The translations under genes were made by a program, and so were the position numbers. The notes below the pieces were generated by a model. The model was not told where the DNA came from. It searched no databases and saw nothing but the letters and a program-made list of their open reading frames with translations. A stretch of DNA of 64,000 nucleotides from Felis catus (taxonomy: Eukaryota), in the NCBI RefSeq assembly GCF_018350175.1, contig NC_058376.1, positions 134,106,001 to 134,170,000 on the forward strand, given 5' to 3'. This document shows positions 24,305-36,957 of the stretch, in pieces; within the stretch, counting starts at the first letter, position 1; each line of letters starts with the position of its first letter.

Positions 24305-26255
24305 TTTTTTTCCACAACCTCTTTTCTTTCCTGGGGTTTATAACTGTCTCCTTTTCCATTTGCCATGCCATGTACTTATTTAACACAAGTTTAACCTTAA
24401 ACACTATCCCAGTTGTATATATCCATTTTCAAAAATTCAAATCAATTTTTAGGTATTTCTGTCAATTTCTTTTTTTTTAATTTTATTTTTTTGAGGAAAT
24501 TTATCAGGAGCTCTCTGGCCTGTTCTCTCATCCTGGGGAGGCCCTTTACCTCTTGCAAATGTTGTATCCTTATTTCCTGGAGTACCTAGCTTCTTTCTAG
24601 CTTTATACACTCAGTTTGGTGGAGCACATCCTCTAAAAGCTTTAGGGACAGGACAGGAAATTTTTTGAAAGCTTCTCTGTTTGAAAGATTTTATTTTGAC
24701 ACTTAATTGTTACGCTAGGTACAGAATTCCAGGCTGTACCTTCAGAAAATTGGGAGCCCTGTTCCAGAGTATTTTGTCTTCCAGTGAAAAAGTCTCAAAC
24801 CATTCTAATTCACATTCTTCTATGTGACCAGTTTATCTTTTCCACCCTCCCCATCTAAGTTCATACTAGTGTACCTTAATTTGCATGCATTTTCAGATAT
24901 AATGGACCTTTCAATTTAGAAACTCATGTTTTTCTGTTCAATTGGAAGTTTCTCTTTAATTGCTTCACTGATGATTTTCTCCCTTCTGTTTTTCTTTTTT
25001 GTTTGTTTATCCTGTGTTTGTTATGTCTTTCTTCTCTTTCTCTCTTTCTCTATTAAAAGAAATCTCATTATCTAGATGTTGGATCTCCTGGCCAGATCCT
25101 TTAATTTTCTTTTTTATTTTCTAAATCTATTTTATGTGCTACTTTTTGGGATACTTTTTCAGTTTTATATTCCAACCACCTTATTTTCATATTGTAACTT
25201 TCAATTACACTTTTTCCTTTGAATTATGTTTTTCTTAGTTCTCTGAGACTTTTCCTCCTCCCTATATAGTTTCTGTGTACTCACAGTTGTTTTTTCTCCC
25301 GGCTGCTTGTTTAGATCTCTGCTTTCATTTTGATGTTTTCCTCAGATGTTCAGTGATTTCTGGCTATCTGGTCATGTCTAAGAGTGGGGTAGTACAGAGA
25401 TAACTTGAAGGTGTCTGTGCATTGATGGGTAGGTCTGTTAACTCTAGGGTTTACACAGGTCATTCTTGAGTAATCCCTGAGCCTGGACTTTTAGGCGTTT
25501 TTTCTTGGGTTTTGCCAGAGAAGAGTCCCCCAAACTTTGTATAGAGGGAGAGAGTCTGGTTTTAGTGTTCTGGGAACACTAAAGATGGTAAAGAATACTG
25601 CTGGGCTCCATGTTTACTGAAACTCCCTGAGTCCCCAGTCCAGAGACCCTCCATTTTACTGCCTCCAGGATAAATCCTGGAGGTACAGCTTGGAGATCTG
25701 AGTACATAACAGCTTCTTAAATAGACTTTCAACCAGTTCTTGTTTTTAGATTTTTTAAAAAATATATATTTATTTTGACAGAGCGAGAAAGGGAGAGAGC
25801 GTGCACGAGAGAGCATGAGCCCACGAGGGGCAGAGAAAGAGAAAGAATCCCAAGCAGGCTCTGTGCTGTCAGCACAGAATCCAGCTTGCGGCTTGATCTC
25901 ACAGTTCATGAGATTATGACTCGAGCTGAAATCAAGAGTCAAACGCTTAACCCACTGAGCCACCTAGGTACCCCTTGCTTTTTAGTCTTAACCTTTTCCC
26001 TTCCTCTACCAATTTTCAGAGATACCTCGCACTGCCAATTTCTCTACTTTTAGGAATTTTATGGATTATTTCTTGGTTTCCTCCATGATCAAATTTGTAT
26101 TGAGCCTTCTCAGATCTGTCAGTTATCATTCACCCATCTGATTTCCTGCTTCCAAAATCTCTGTAATCTCCTTCCTAATTCTCTGGGTCCCATGGGTTTA
26201 TGTTATTTTAATGGGGTTTCAGGAGCAACAGGGGTAAATGCAGGGTATCAGTATA
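24305..26255 (-). mobile_element. HAL1 (half-L1) 5' part and ORF region, interrupted by a SINE
   Basis: Contains tttggtggagcacatcctctaaaagc...ctaggtacagaattccaggctg...ccattctaattc...tatgtgacc and a 5' region ccccagtccagagaccctc, all HAL1-like. Confidence 0.7.
25751..25974 (-). mobile_element. Can-SINE inserted in HAL1
   Basis: SINE body with flanks ttgtttttag / ttgctttttag. Confidence 0.92.
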
Positions 26256-27003
26256 ACATCTCATGTCTGATATCTTTAATTACTTCTTTAATGATATTTC
26301 TACTCAGCATCTGGGCAGATGAACTGATAGGGAAGAAGAATCTAGGTGAGGAGGCAACGGAGTGGGGAAAGGTAAGGAAGAAGGTTAAGTGAAAAAGCTG
26401 GGGAAGTTAGTAGTCAGGAAACCCAAGATCACCATCTCCTTTTCTCTAATCATCAGACAGAATGGCTCTAGTCAACTTGCAGGACTATTCACATTGTATT
26501 TTGACAGCAACAGATGGACATGGAATCTTGAATATTTCTGGGTAAGATTCCAGTGATGGATATAATTTTGTTGGCTTTTGCCCATTTAAGTTATCCTAGA
26601 GTTCCTGAACCCATCTATTATATGGCTTTCTAGGGCGAGGGGAAAATGGGGGATGGGAGTAAGAACATGGAAAGGCAAGATTTGGGCATTAGGAGAGAAG
26701 ACTACTTCCTCCCCTTTATAAAAGGCCAGAATAGCATATGAACTATGATTTTGAACATGAAATAGAATGTCACTAGGAGAATAATTATCCTTTCATAACC
26801 CCATTCCTGTAGTTGCAGAAATTAAAATTATTTTCAAGCAAAAAAACCTGACATCAAAGACAATGCGATACATATTAGAATGGTCAAAATCAAAAACAAT
26901 GACACCACCCAATGCTGGTGACAATGTGGAGCTACGAGAACTTTCATTCATTGAAGGTAATGAAAAGTGGTTATAGCCATTTTAGAAGATGGTTTAGCAA
27001 TTA

Positions 27004-28180
27004 TGTTGTGATTTTTCAGGTCTGATCACAGGCAATTACAAAGATATGATAGTTAATTTTATGTATCAATTTGGCCTATAGGATGCCCAAATAGTATGCA
27101 AAACATTAGTTCTGGGTGTGTCTGTGAGTATGTATCTGGAAGAGATTAGTATCTGAGTCAGTAGACTGAGTGAAGAGATTTGCCCTTAAAAACAGTAGGC
27201 ATCAGCCAATCCATTGGGGTCCCAAATGGAACAAAAAGGTGAAGAAAAGGTGAATTCTTTCTCTATTCTTGAGCTGGAATATCCGTTTTCTCCTGCCCTT
27301 GGATATCAGAGCTCCTGATCCTCAAGCCTTTGGACTCCGAGATTTCCACCACAGGACCCCTAGTTCTCAGGCTTGCAGACTGAGACTGAATTACACCACT
27401 GGCTTTCTTGGTTCTACAGCTTGCAGATGACTGATGGTGAGACTTCCAGGCCTCCATGACTGAGGGAGCCAATTCCTATAATAAATGTCCTCATTATATC
27501 TGAATTTATATTCTATTGGTTCTTTTTCTCTGGAGAACTCTGACTAATGCAAAAACTTCTACCTGATAGGTCACAGGGGCAAACGGTCCACCCCACACCA
27601 GACATGGTGCATAGCCAGGGCACTCTAGTCTCTGAAAGGATATGCAGTCAATGTCTTGGCCAACCTAGCCAGCATTATCTTTCACATGTTTATATTCTTA
27701 GCCCTGGTGCTTTCATTCCTAGGTTTCTTTATCTGAGCTCTAGGGCACAGGTCCTTTTCAGGTGCTTCTGCCAGGACCTCTTATGGGGGTTGGAAGAACT
27801 CTTGAAAACATTTTTCTTCATTTGACTTAGCACCCAGTTCTTTTCCATTTCAAGTCTTTCCACCTCAATCCCCCAACCCTGCCCCCAAACCACAGACATC
27901 TCAGGGTCCTTAAACTACCAGAATCTTTTGTTCAGGGCTCCTTCAACAGTGAGATGACCCCACATACATGCTGATCTATCTGACCCTCAACCAATGTACC
28001 ATTCCATGGGTGAAATGAAGCAGATGGAGTTGACATTTTCTCCAGTTTTTGACTCTTGCTTATATCACCACAGTGATTAAAGGCTTAACTCTTCCATTTT
28101 TGACTTGTTTCTCTAATTGGGTACTCTAACACCTAATAGCTCAGGTCTCTCTTCTGCCCAGCTCAACTGAGTTCCTGACA
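27004..28180 (+). mobile_element. Probable ERVL-class solo LTR (family uncertain) that hosts the MLT2
   Basis: A non-L1 block begins tgttgtg and ends cagctcaactgagttcctgaca, giving TG..CA ends. An attaaa signal lies near 28077. Confidence 0.5.
27045..27551 (+). mobile_element. ERVL solo LTR (MLT2 family)
   Basis: tatgatagttaattttatgtatcaatttggc...ctgggtgtgtctgtgag...ttctctggagaactctgactaatgca. Confidence 0.9.
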
Positions 28181-28890
28181 TTTACCATCCTATCCAGCAA
28201 TCAGGCTCCTTGAGATTTACCCAAATGAAATGAAAACTCGCGTCCACACAAAAACTTGCACACTTGANNNNNNNNNNNNNNNNNNNNNNNNNNNNNNNNN
28301 NNNNNNNNNNNNNNNNNNNNNNNNNNNNNNNNNNNNNNNNNNNNNNNNNNNNNNNNNNNNNNNNNNNNNNNNNNNNNNNNNNNNNNNNNNNNNNNNNNNN
28401 NNNNNNNNNNNNNNNNNNNNNNNNCTCAAATGGGTATTACTAAGTGAAAGAAGCTAATCTGAAAAGGCTATGTACTGTATGATCCCAACTATATGGTATT
28501 CTGGAAAAGGTAAAACTATGAAGGCAATAAAAAAAATCAGTGGTTGTCATGGGTTACAGGGGCCAAAGAGATGAAGAGGCAGAGCACAGAGGATTTTTTA
28601 GGGCAGGGAAACTATCAGATACTACTAGAATGATGAACAGATGTCACTATACATTTGTCCAAGCCCACAGAAGGTATAACATCAAGAGTGAATAGTATTG
28701 TAAACTAGGCACTTTAAGGGATAATGATGTGTCACTATAGGCTTGATTATAACAAATACACCACCGTGGTGAGGGATGCTGACAGTGGGGTAGGCTGTTG
28801 TGTATGTGGGGGTGGGAGTATCTGGGAATTCTGTATTTTCAGCTCAACTGTGCCGTGAACCTAAAATTTCTTTAAAAACTAAGGTCTAGT

Positions 28891-29018
28891 GGGGCACCTG
28901 GGTATCTCATTGGTTAAGCAGCTGACTCCTGATTTTGGCTCAGGTCATGATCTTGTGATTTTTGAGTTCAAGCCCTACACTGGGCTCTGTGCTGACAACA
29001 TGGAGCCTGCATGGGATA

Positions 29019-29050
<32 letters not shown>

Positions 29051-29125
29051 TTCTCCCTCTCTCTCTCTCTCCCCTCTCCTGCTTGCACTGTCTCTATCTC
29101 TCCCAAAAAAATAAACATTAAAGAA
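28891..29125 (+). mobile_element. Can-SINE at the L1 tail
   Basis: Has a head and a long (CT)n. The TSD is aaggtctagt / aaagtctatt. Confidence 0.9.
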
Positions 29126-30114
29126 AAAGTCTATTGAAAAAAATCTAACCATAAAAAAAATGTGCTACTATTATGTATCAGCCTGTTAGTGAGATTTTAG
29201 AAAAATTTTAAACTAAAATATAAATATAAATGGTATTTGTAATTCAAAGGGTTATATTAATATTCATATCTGAGATGGTCATAAAATGACTGGCAATATT
29301 TAATGTCTGAGTGGGAAGAGAGCTGGCAGTCAGGAAGTGCTTAAACACTCCTTTAAAAATAAGACCACTAATTTGTGTTTTGATAAAAACTCTGTGACAC
29401 ACTACTATGTAATTTAAGAGAGCCTTTGTTTCTTAGTCACCGAGGTTGGGTAAAGCTTTTCCAGAAAAGACAAATAAATTCAATTTGTAGTTGAAATAAA
29501 CTGTATTTTGACATCAGTATAATACGGAACATGATCTTAACAAGAAAATAGAGAAACAGAAATTCTGGGGTAGGACAGATGGAAACACTGGCAGAGAAAC
29601 AGGTAGCTGCTGAAGAGTTAGTAGAGATCTAAAATGAAATAAAAAGGCACAGTTTCAAACTACCAAGATGACCCAATTGCCATGCCAGGCCAGACCGAGG
29701 AATGGCTAAAGACACCCTACAGAAAACCCAGGAAAATTACAGTGTTGTGACATGTTTACGCTGGCGAAAAAACAAGGTAGGAAGTGGGTAGAAGTACCAA
29801 GAAGGAAAGTTTTCCATTTACAAAGTATTCAGAGCGAAGGTAAATTAAAAGAGACAATAACATTTAAGAGTTACTTTCTAGCTAGGAAAATCTACTGTTA
29901 AAAGAATTTGATTATAGTATTTTAGCTATTAATGCAATTTACAAGACAAATAAAAGGTATGGTATATTGTAAATGAGGGAAAATGTTTTTCTTTGGTGCT
30001 AATAACAATTAAATCAATAAAAAACAAATGTAAACATTTTTAGATACTTAAAAAGTAGACAATGCTTTCTTTACAAAAGCCATATTGAAAAGTTATTTTA
30101 AAAAATCTATTTGA

Positions 30115-30320
30115 GGGGCGCCTGGGTGGCGCAGTCGGTTAAGCGTCCGACTTCAGCCAGGTCACGATCTCGCGGTCCGGGAGTTCGAGCCCCGCGTCGG
30201 GCTCTGGGCTGATGGCTCAGAGCCTGGAGCCTGTTTCCGATTCTGTGTCTCCCTCTCTCTCTGCCCCTCCCCCGTTCATGCTCTGTCTCTCTCTGTCCCA
30301 AAAATAAATAAACGTTGAAA
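30115..30320 (+). mobile_element. Young felid SINE (SINEC_Fc)
   Basis: Close to consensus with CpGs intact. A perfect TSD, aaaaaatctatttga, is at 30100-30114 and 30321-30335. Confidence 0.97.
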
Positions 30321-31463
30321 AAAAAATCTATTTGAATTCATATTCTAAGAGTTTCTTCTGTCTTCTCAGCAATTACTGCATACATATCCTTTCCACCAAC
30401 CCATCCCAGGTCTCCAGGGTACCCTTCCATCTGAGATCACCCCATATACTGAGCACATGAAAAGCTTCAGATGCTCTGAGGGTTAGGGAAGAATTGTAAC
30501 ACATGTGGTTCTGGTCCTGAAGAGCTAAAAATCTACTTTCGAAGATGGGACTAACATGCAAGAAAGAACAACATAAGATGGAGTATAATTAAATGCTATG
30601 CTGAATTGTATTGATTAAAATCTTATAGGAATGCAAAAGCGAGAGCTCAGTATGGGCTAGAATAATGGGGAAAGTTTGGGAAAAAGCTGTCTTGCCCTAG
30701 ACCTGAAAACAGAAGCACCATTTAGGCAGATAGAGCCAGGGGAAGGAGGGAACCACATGACTGACTTTATTTTAGTACAGAATAAGTCAGTAAAAACAAT
30801 AGTGTGATGAGAATATGGGTATTAATAAACTATTGCAGGAGTAATGGTTCATGATCAGATTTCCTTATCTCCTAACCTTTATTAATATACACAAACTTAA
30901 TCTACATTATCCAGCAAAGAATTAAAAAAACTCACTTCTTATAACACATAAGAAAGTAAACGTGATGGTTTTATTAAAATGTTTGGGAATTGTTCAGAAA
31001 TGGATACCATGTATCTGTAGTAAAGCAAAAGTTTCATTCAAAGAACAGCCATTTGACCCCATCATTTCGATGGTTAAATTTTAAAATCTATATAGATAAT
31101 GTTCATATTGTTATTCTTCCAATATGATATTTTATTTATACTTAATAAAATCAAGGTAGGGCTTGAGGAACGGAAAAGGTGATGTAAGAACCAGCCTGCA
31201 CTAGCCCTATGGTCTTGATCTGGCTTCCTAACTTCTAAACGTGGAGGTTGGGCTGAATCTCTGAAGCCTCAAAAAAATGCAATGTTTGTAGGAAATCTAT
31301 TAAGTGGTTGAATACTCTACTTGCCTGACAAACTACTTTTAAAGTGAATGAAAGCTTGGTTCAAGGTAATGAAAGAAAACTGTAAGAATACTTCTGTTAA
31401 AAACTAAGTATGAGATACTGACAGTAGCTCACTACTGGGGCAGAACAAGAATGAAGCAGGGCA

Positions 31464-32892
31464 TGGCACAAAAACAGACACATAGACCAATGGAATAGAA
31501 TAGAAACCCCAGAGCTAGACCCACAAATGTATGGCCAACTCATCTTTGACAAAGCAGGAAAGAACATCCAATGGAAAAAAGACAGCCTCTTTAACAAATG
31601 GTGCTGGGAGAACTGGACAGCAACATGCAGAAGGTTGAAACTAGACCACTTTCTCACACCATTCACAAAAATAAACTCAAAATGGATAAAGGACCTAAAT
31701 GTGAGACAGGAAACCATCAAAACCCTAGAGGAGAAAGCAGGAAAAGACCTCTCTGACCTCAGCCGTAGCAATCTCTTACTCGACACATCCCCAAAGGCAA
31801 GGGAATTAAAAGCAAAAGTGAATTCCTGGGTCCTTATGAAGATAAAAAGCTTCTGCACAGCAAAGGAAACAACCAACAAAACTAAAAGGCAACCAACGGA
31901 ATGGGAAAAGATATTCGCAAATGACATATCGGACAAAGGGCTAGTATCCAAAATCTATAAAGAGCTCACCAAACTCCACACCCGAAAAACAAATAACCCA
32001 GTGAAGANNNNNNNNNNNNNNNNNNNNNNNNNNNNNNNNNNNNNNNNNNNNNNNNNNNNNNNNNNNNNNNNNNNNNNNNNNNNNNNNNNNNNNNNNNNNN
32101 NNNNNNNNNNNNNNNNNNNNNNNNNNNNNNNNNNNNNNNCGCCAGTCAGAGTGGCCAAAATGAACAAATCACGAGACTATAGATGCTGGAGAGGATGTGG
32201 AGAAACGGGAACCCTCTTGCACTGTTGGTGGGAATGCAAATTGGTGCAGCCGCTCTGGAAAGCAGTGTGGAGGTTCCTCAGAAAATTAAAAATAGACCTA
32301 CCCTATGACCCAGCAATAGCACTGCTAGGAATTTATCCAAGGGATACAGGAGTACTGATGCATAGGGCCACTTGTACCCCAATGTTCATAGCAGCACTCT
32401 CAACAATAGCCAAATTATGGAAAGAGCCTAAATGTCCATCAACTGATGAATGGATAAAGAAATTGTGGTTTATATACACAATGGAATATTACGTGGCAAT
32501 GAGAAAAAATGAAATATGGCCTTTTGTAGCAACGTGGATGGAACTGGAGAGTGTGATGCTAAGTGAAATAAGCCATACAGAGAAAGACAGATACCATATG
32601 GTTTCACTCTTATGTGGATCCTGAGAAACTTAACAGGAACCCATGGGGGAGGGGAAGGAAAAAAAAAAAAAAACAGGTTAGAGTGGGAGAGAGCCAAAGC
32701 ATAAGAGACTCTTAAAAACTGAGAACAAACTGAGGGTTGATGGGGGGTGGGAGGGAGGAGAGGGTGGGTGATGATGGGTATTGAGGAGGGCACCTTTTGG
32801 GATGAGCACTGGGTGTTGTATGGAAACCAATTTGTCAATAAATTTCATATAAAAAAAAAGAAAAACAAACAAACAAACAAACAAACAAAAAA
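31464..32892 (+). mobile_element. Young 5'-truncated feline L1 (ORF2 C-terminus, 3' UTR, poly(A))
   Basis: The frame is open from [12 protein letters not shown]...[13 protein letters not shown]...[18 protein letters not shown] to the stop at 32624. It has a G-rich 3' UTR and an A/(AAAC)n tail. A perfect 17-bp TSD, aagaatgaagcagggca, is at 31447-31463 and 32893-32909. Confidence 0.98.
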
Positions 32893-32969
32893 AAGAATGA
32901 AGCAGGGCACTCGGATCCAATCCCAAGTTCTAAACTGCTTAACTGCGAAGGGCACTGGAATAGAGTGCT

Positions 32970-33330
32970 AGAGCCGCTGCACCCAAGGTAGACTGGATAG
33001 TTCAAAACCAGAGAAATTTATTGTCGAAGTGCTCTAGAGTACATAAGTCTGAAGTCAAGGTGTTGATGGGGCCACGTTCCCCCACAAACCTGCAGGGAAG
33101 AATCCTTCCTTGTGTCTTCTAGCGTCTAGTAGGCAGGGCTTGTTCCTTCATAGGCTCTGAGGGAACATCTGTCTTTGCCTTTCTCCTAGTTTGTGGTAAC
33201 AGCCAAAGATCCTTGCTCCTTGGCTTGTAGATGCATCATTCCAATCTGTGCCTCTGTCTTCAAATGGCATTATTGTCCCGGTGTGTCTTTACATCAACTT
33301 TCCTCTTTGTATGCCTCTGGGCCCAAATTT
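32970..33330 (-). mobile_element. MaLR LTR (MLT1C-like), interrupted by a SINE and an N-run
   Basis: agaaatttattgtc...aagtctgaagtcaaggtgttg...ggaagaatccttccttg...ccttggcttgtagatgcatcattccaatctgtgcctctgtcttca. Confidence 0.8.
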
Positions 33331-33561
33331 TCTTTTTTCTTTTTCTTCTTTTTAAATTTTTTTAATGCTTATTTATTTTTCACAGACAGAGCGAGAGCAC
33401 AAGTGGGGGAGGGGCAGAGAGATAGGGACACACAGACTCTGAAGTAGGCTCCAGGTTCTAAGCTGTCAGCACAGAGCCCAACATGGGGCTTGAACCCACG
33501 AACCGTGAGATCATGTCCTGAGCTGAAGTCTAACACTTAACCGCCTGAGCCACCCAGGTGC
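33331..33561 (-). mobile_element. Can-SINE (5' tip falls in an N-run)
   Basis: SINE body ending gagccacccaggtgc at the gap. Confidence 0.92.
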
Positions 33562-33766
33562 NNNNNNNNNNNNNNNNNNNNNNNNNNNNNNNNNNNNNNN
33601 NNNNNNNNNNNNNNNNNNNNNNNNNNNNNNNNNNNNNNNNNNNNNNNNNNNNNNNNNNNNNNNNNNNNNNNNNNNNNNNNNNNNNNNNNNNNNNNNNNNN
33701 NNNNNNNNNNNNNNNNNNNNNNNNNNNNTTATCAGTGCTTGTAAAATCAGGATTTTAGACTAGATG

Positions 33767-33925
33767 CAGTGAATCTTAACCATTTTTTAGGTTATATATC
33801 CTTTTAAGAAGATGATGTAAATTATATGCCTCTGGCCCAGGGAAATGCACATGTTCACAATGTTTTGCACAGCATCAGGATGATCACAGGCCCTTTGAAG
33901 TCCTGCACTGAACCCCTAGGGAGCT
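33767..33925. mobile_element. Old hAT-type MITE
   Basis: cagtgaatcttaaccattttttaggtta...cccagggaaatgcacat...ttttgcacagcatcagg. A related copy lies at about 51395-51535. Confidence 0.5.
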
Positions 33926-34574
33926 GCCGTCACTGGCGGAAGGCTCTTTTAGTTTCCCCCAGCGCACCATTCTTTGAGCTACAACTATATCACCTACAGC
34001 TCCAAAAGAACGCGTGCAATGCCCATAGCCTCAGGTAGTGGAATTCATTTAGGATTTTTTGAATGAATGGGCTTGAAACTACTAGCTATAAGTGAACATC
34101 ATCACTCTGGATGCCCCAGGCAGTGCATCATGATTCAGAATCCACTGAGATAGAATAAAAACTTGACACCAAAGTTCCACTTGGAACAAACTGTCCACCT
34201 TCCTCTTGTCCTTCACCGTGGCCTAAAATGTAAGCTCATTTGTTAGTACTGCCTCCCATGCATACTGCCCAGTCCTGTTCTGTGTCCTCTTTCTGCTATT
34301 CCTCTCCCTCTTAATCTTTTTCTTCTGAGGAAAAACTCCTTTCCCTCTGGGCCCAGCTCTCTGCAACCTTCAGCAGTGAGGTGAGGGGTGCCATGGCTTC
34401 TGATATTACCATCAAACCTCCTTTCCCTCAAAAGTTCATGCCATACGTCTAAACCTTCATCATGCTCCTTCATCACTGCCATCTATGCACCATGATGGCA
34501 AGCAAATAGCAGGCACTCAGTAAATTCTGATTGAATGGTTGATTCTTTGATAAATGACTGAATAAAAGCTGTTT

Positions 34575-36913
34575 TCTTGGTCGTTCTTCTGCGTTTAGTT
34601 GAGGCTTTTAAAGTCTGGCCCACTGTGCTCCCTTCTACATCTTTTCCTACCATGATTCTTGGTGAAGTGCCCATAGAGGACCAAACAAAAATCCCACCTC
34701 CTGTACAATCTCTTGATCTCTCCAATGACTTACTTACCTTCCCTTTACCTAACTCCAACCATCCGGGTCACACCCATAACTGCTCAATATCCTCTGTTCG
34801 ACCACACCTCTGATGCTTTGAAGTCTCATACACCCTACCTTGAATCCCTTCATACTCTGATTTCCCCACAGTCTTTTCCTGGCCATGCTTCCCTCCCTAC
34901 ACATTCCAAATCACTCTCTCAAAAATGCACTCAACACCCTCCACCCTTTTGCTTCCTTTCAGTTCTGCCTAATTCATTTGCATGTGGGCCTAGCTAGGAG
35001 CCTAGATCATTATCTGCTTCCTTTGTATGCCTGGACTGCAGTGTGTGGCTCTGAAAATCCTAACCTTGAGGCCTGGTTCTATTGCCCACTATTAGTCTCT
35101 GCAGGACAGGATCTTCAACAGCTAGACCAGCTTGTCCTAGTCCATGGTCAGCCATCTCTCTCACACTCACCAGGCATTCCCCTAAGCTCCCTAATCCTAC
35201 CATGCCTCACTCACAGCAGACAACCTTGCCTCCTCCTGTATCGGACATGCAATTCCTCCACTTCCCATCTTCTCCACCAATCAACTAGTTTACTTCTGAA
35301 ACCGGCCTAGTGCCTTCATCCAGGACCTGTACCAACTTTTATTCCTGTTCCATAGGACTCCTCACATCGTTCCATTGCCTCTGAGCCCTTGTTTCTTCGA
35401 TCATTTCACGCAAAAAATACTCATCAAGATTACTACATAACAGGCCCTGTTCTAGATGCTGGGATACGGTAGGGAAACCAAGACAGAAAAAATCCGGCCT
35501 CTTGCTGGGTGTTAGGGGAGTCGGTATGAAGAATAAACAATAAACAAAAACTTCAAGTAAACAGGATAATTTATCTTTTCATAGATCTCATCAATGGAAC
35601 AGGGGGGGAAAACTAGTGTTGAACCTTGAGGGACCAACTTAAGACTGGCTGAGAAGTAAATCCTCAGTCGGTTCTCTCCAGCCTCCAGTGAGCTCTCGTC
35701 TTATTCTAAAGACAGCCATCCAACTTTCCTTGTTCCTCCACTAACCCCTACCTACATCTTTCTTCATCCCTGCTCTGCGGTCTTTAAAGATTACTCTACA
35801 TGTGCTATCTCTACATACTTTCCTTTTTATTGATTTTTAAAGTTGAAACTGTAATACATATAGAAAGCAACGGGAACAACAACAAAACTATAGAGAAAGC
35901 TCTTATACTTCTTACCTGTCTGGTCACTCTTCAACCCATTGCAGTCCAGCCTCTGCTTTACCACTCCACTAAACCATTCTGGCAAGGGTATCTGATGATT
36001 GTCCCCCTACAGGGCCAAGTGAATGGACATTCCCCCTTTACCTTATCGTACTCAGCACTCTCAACCCCCATTACCTCCCCTGGCTCAGATAACATAGTTT
36101 TGTGAGGTTACAACACAAGCCCTTTCTTCTCTGATGCCTTAAACACTGATGTTAAATGCAGAGTTCTACCTTTGTCTATCTTCTTCTATAAGCACCCACC
36201 TTAGGTAGGCTGACCATGTAATTCTTATGATCCTAATAGAGGGTCTTTGAGAGTGCAAGAGGGCAGTATTAGTAATTATTACTCTTCATTAGCAGGTGTA
36301 CACCAAGACTGTCCCATACAAATCGGGATATATATGTGACCCTGCTGAGGTCACATGCAATATTATGGTTTTAACTAACACATACCTATTAAACATTTGT
36401 AAAACTAAATCTGTAGCCTTGATACTGACATTGAGCTTTGTTTTCCAAATCTTCAGGTTATGATTTCTCACAGATTGCATAATCAGTAGGGCCAAAATTT
36501 AATCATTTCCATTCTTAAAACATGCTAATCCTCATTTCCTAGCCAAGTTACACATATTACCTAGTCACTCAACTCCCCAGACTGGGGACTATTTTGGACT
36601 TCCTATTCCTCCTTACCCATATTTAGTCACCAAGACATGCTGATTTATTTTTGAAGACTTCTCTAATCTTTCATTTTTCCCTGAACAACTGTCATAACCT
36701 TTTATCTGGATTTCCTTGTTCTACTCTTGTCTCCTTTACGTCTGTTCTCCACAGTGCCGCCAGAGTGATCTAACAATGATACTTCTGCTCTGAACCCTTC
36801 CGGAGCTCCCTATTATTTACAGGATAAAGACTTTCATCACGATCCTATCCCTGTTCACTTCTTTGGTCTCATAACCTGTCAATCTCCATTTGCACACTAA
36901 TACCAAATTACCT

Positions 36914-36957
<44 letters not shown>

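Larger units (their letters stand above)
26860..28890 (+). mobile_element. Old L1 (L1MC-like) 3' end, interrupted by LTR insertions at about 27004-28180
   Basis: The ORF2 tail (attagaatggtcaaaatc...aatgctggtgacaatgtggagc) resumes at 28181 (ttaccatcctatccagcaatc...atttacccaaatgaa). It ends tgaacctaaaatttctttaaaaactaaggtct. Confidence 0.8.

Noticed and set aside
31397-31951. 184-aa minus-strand ORF
   Set aside because: It is the antisense frame of the young L1 ORF2, a common by-product of L1 sequence.
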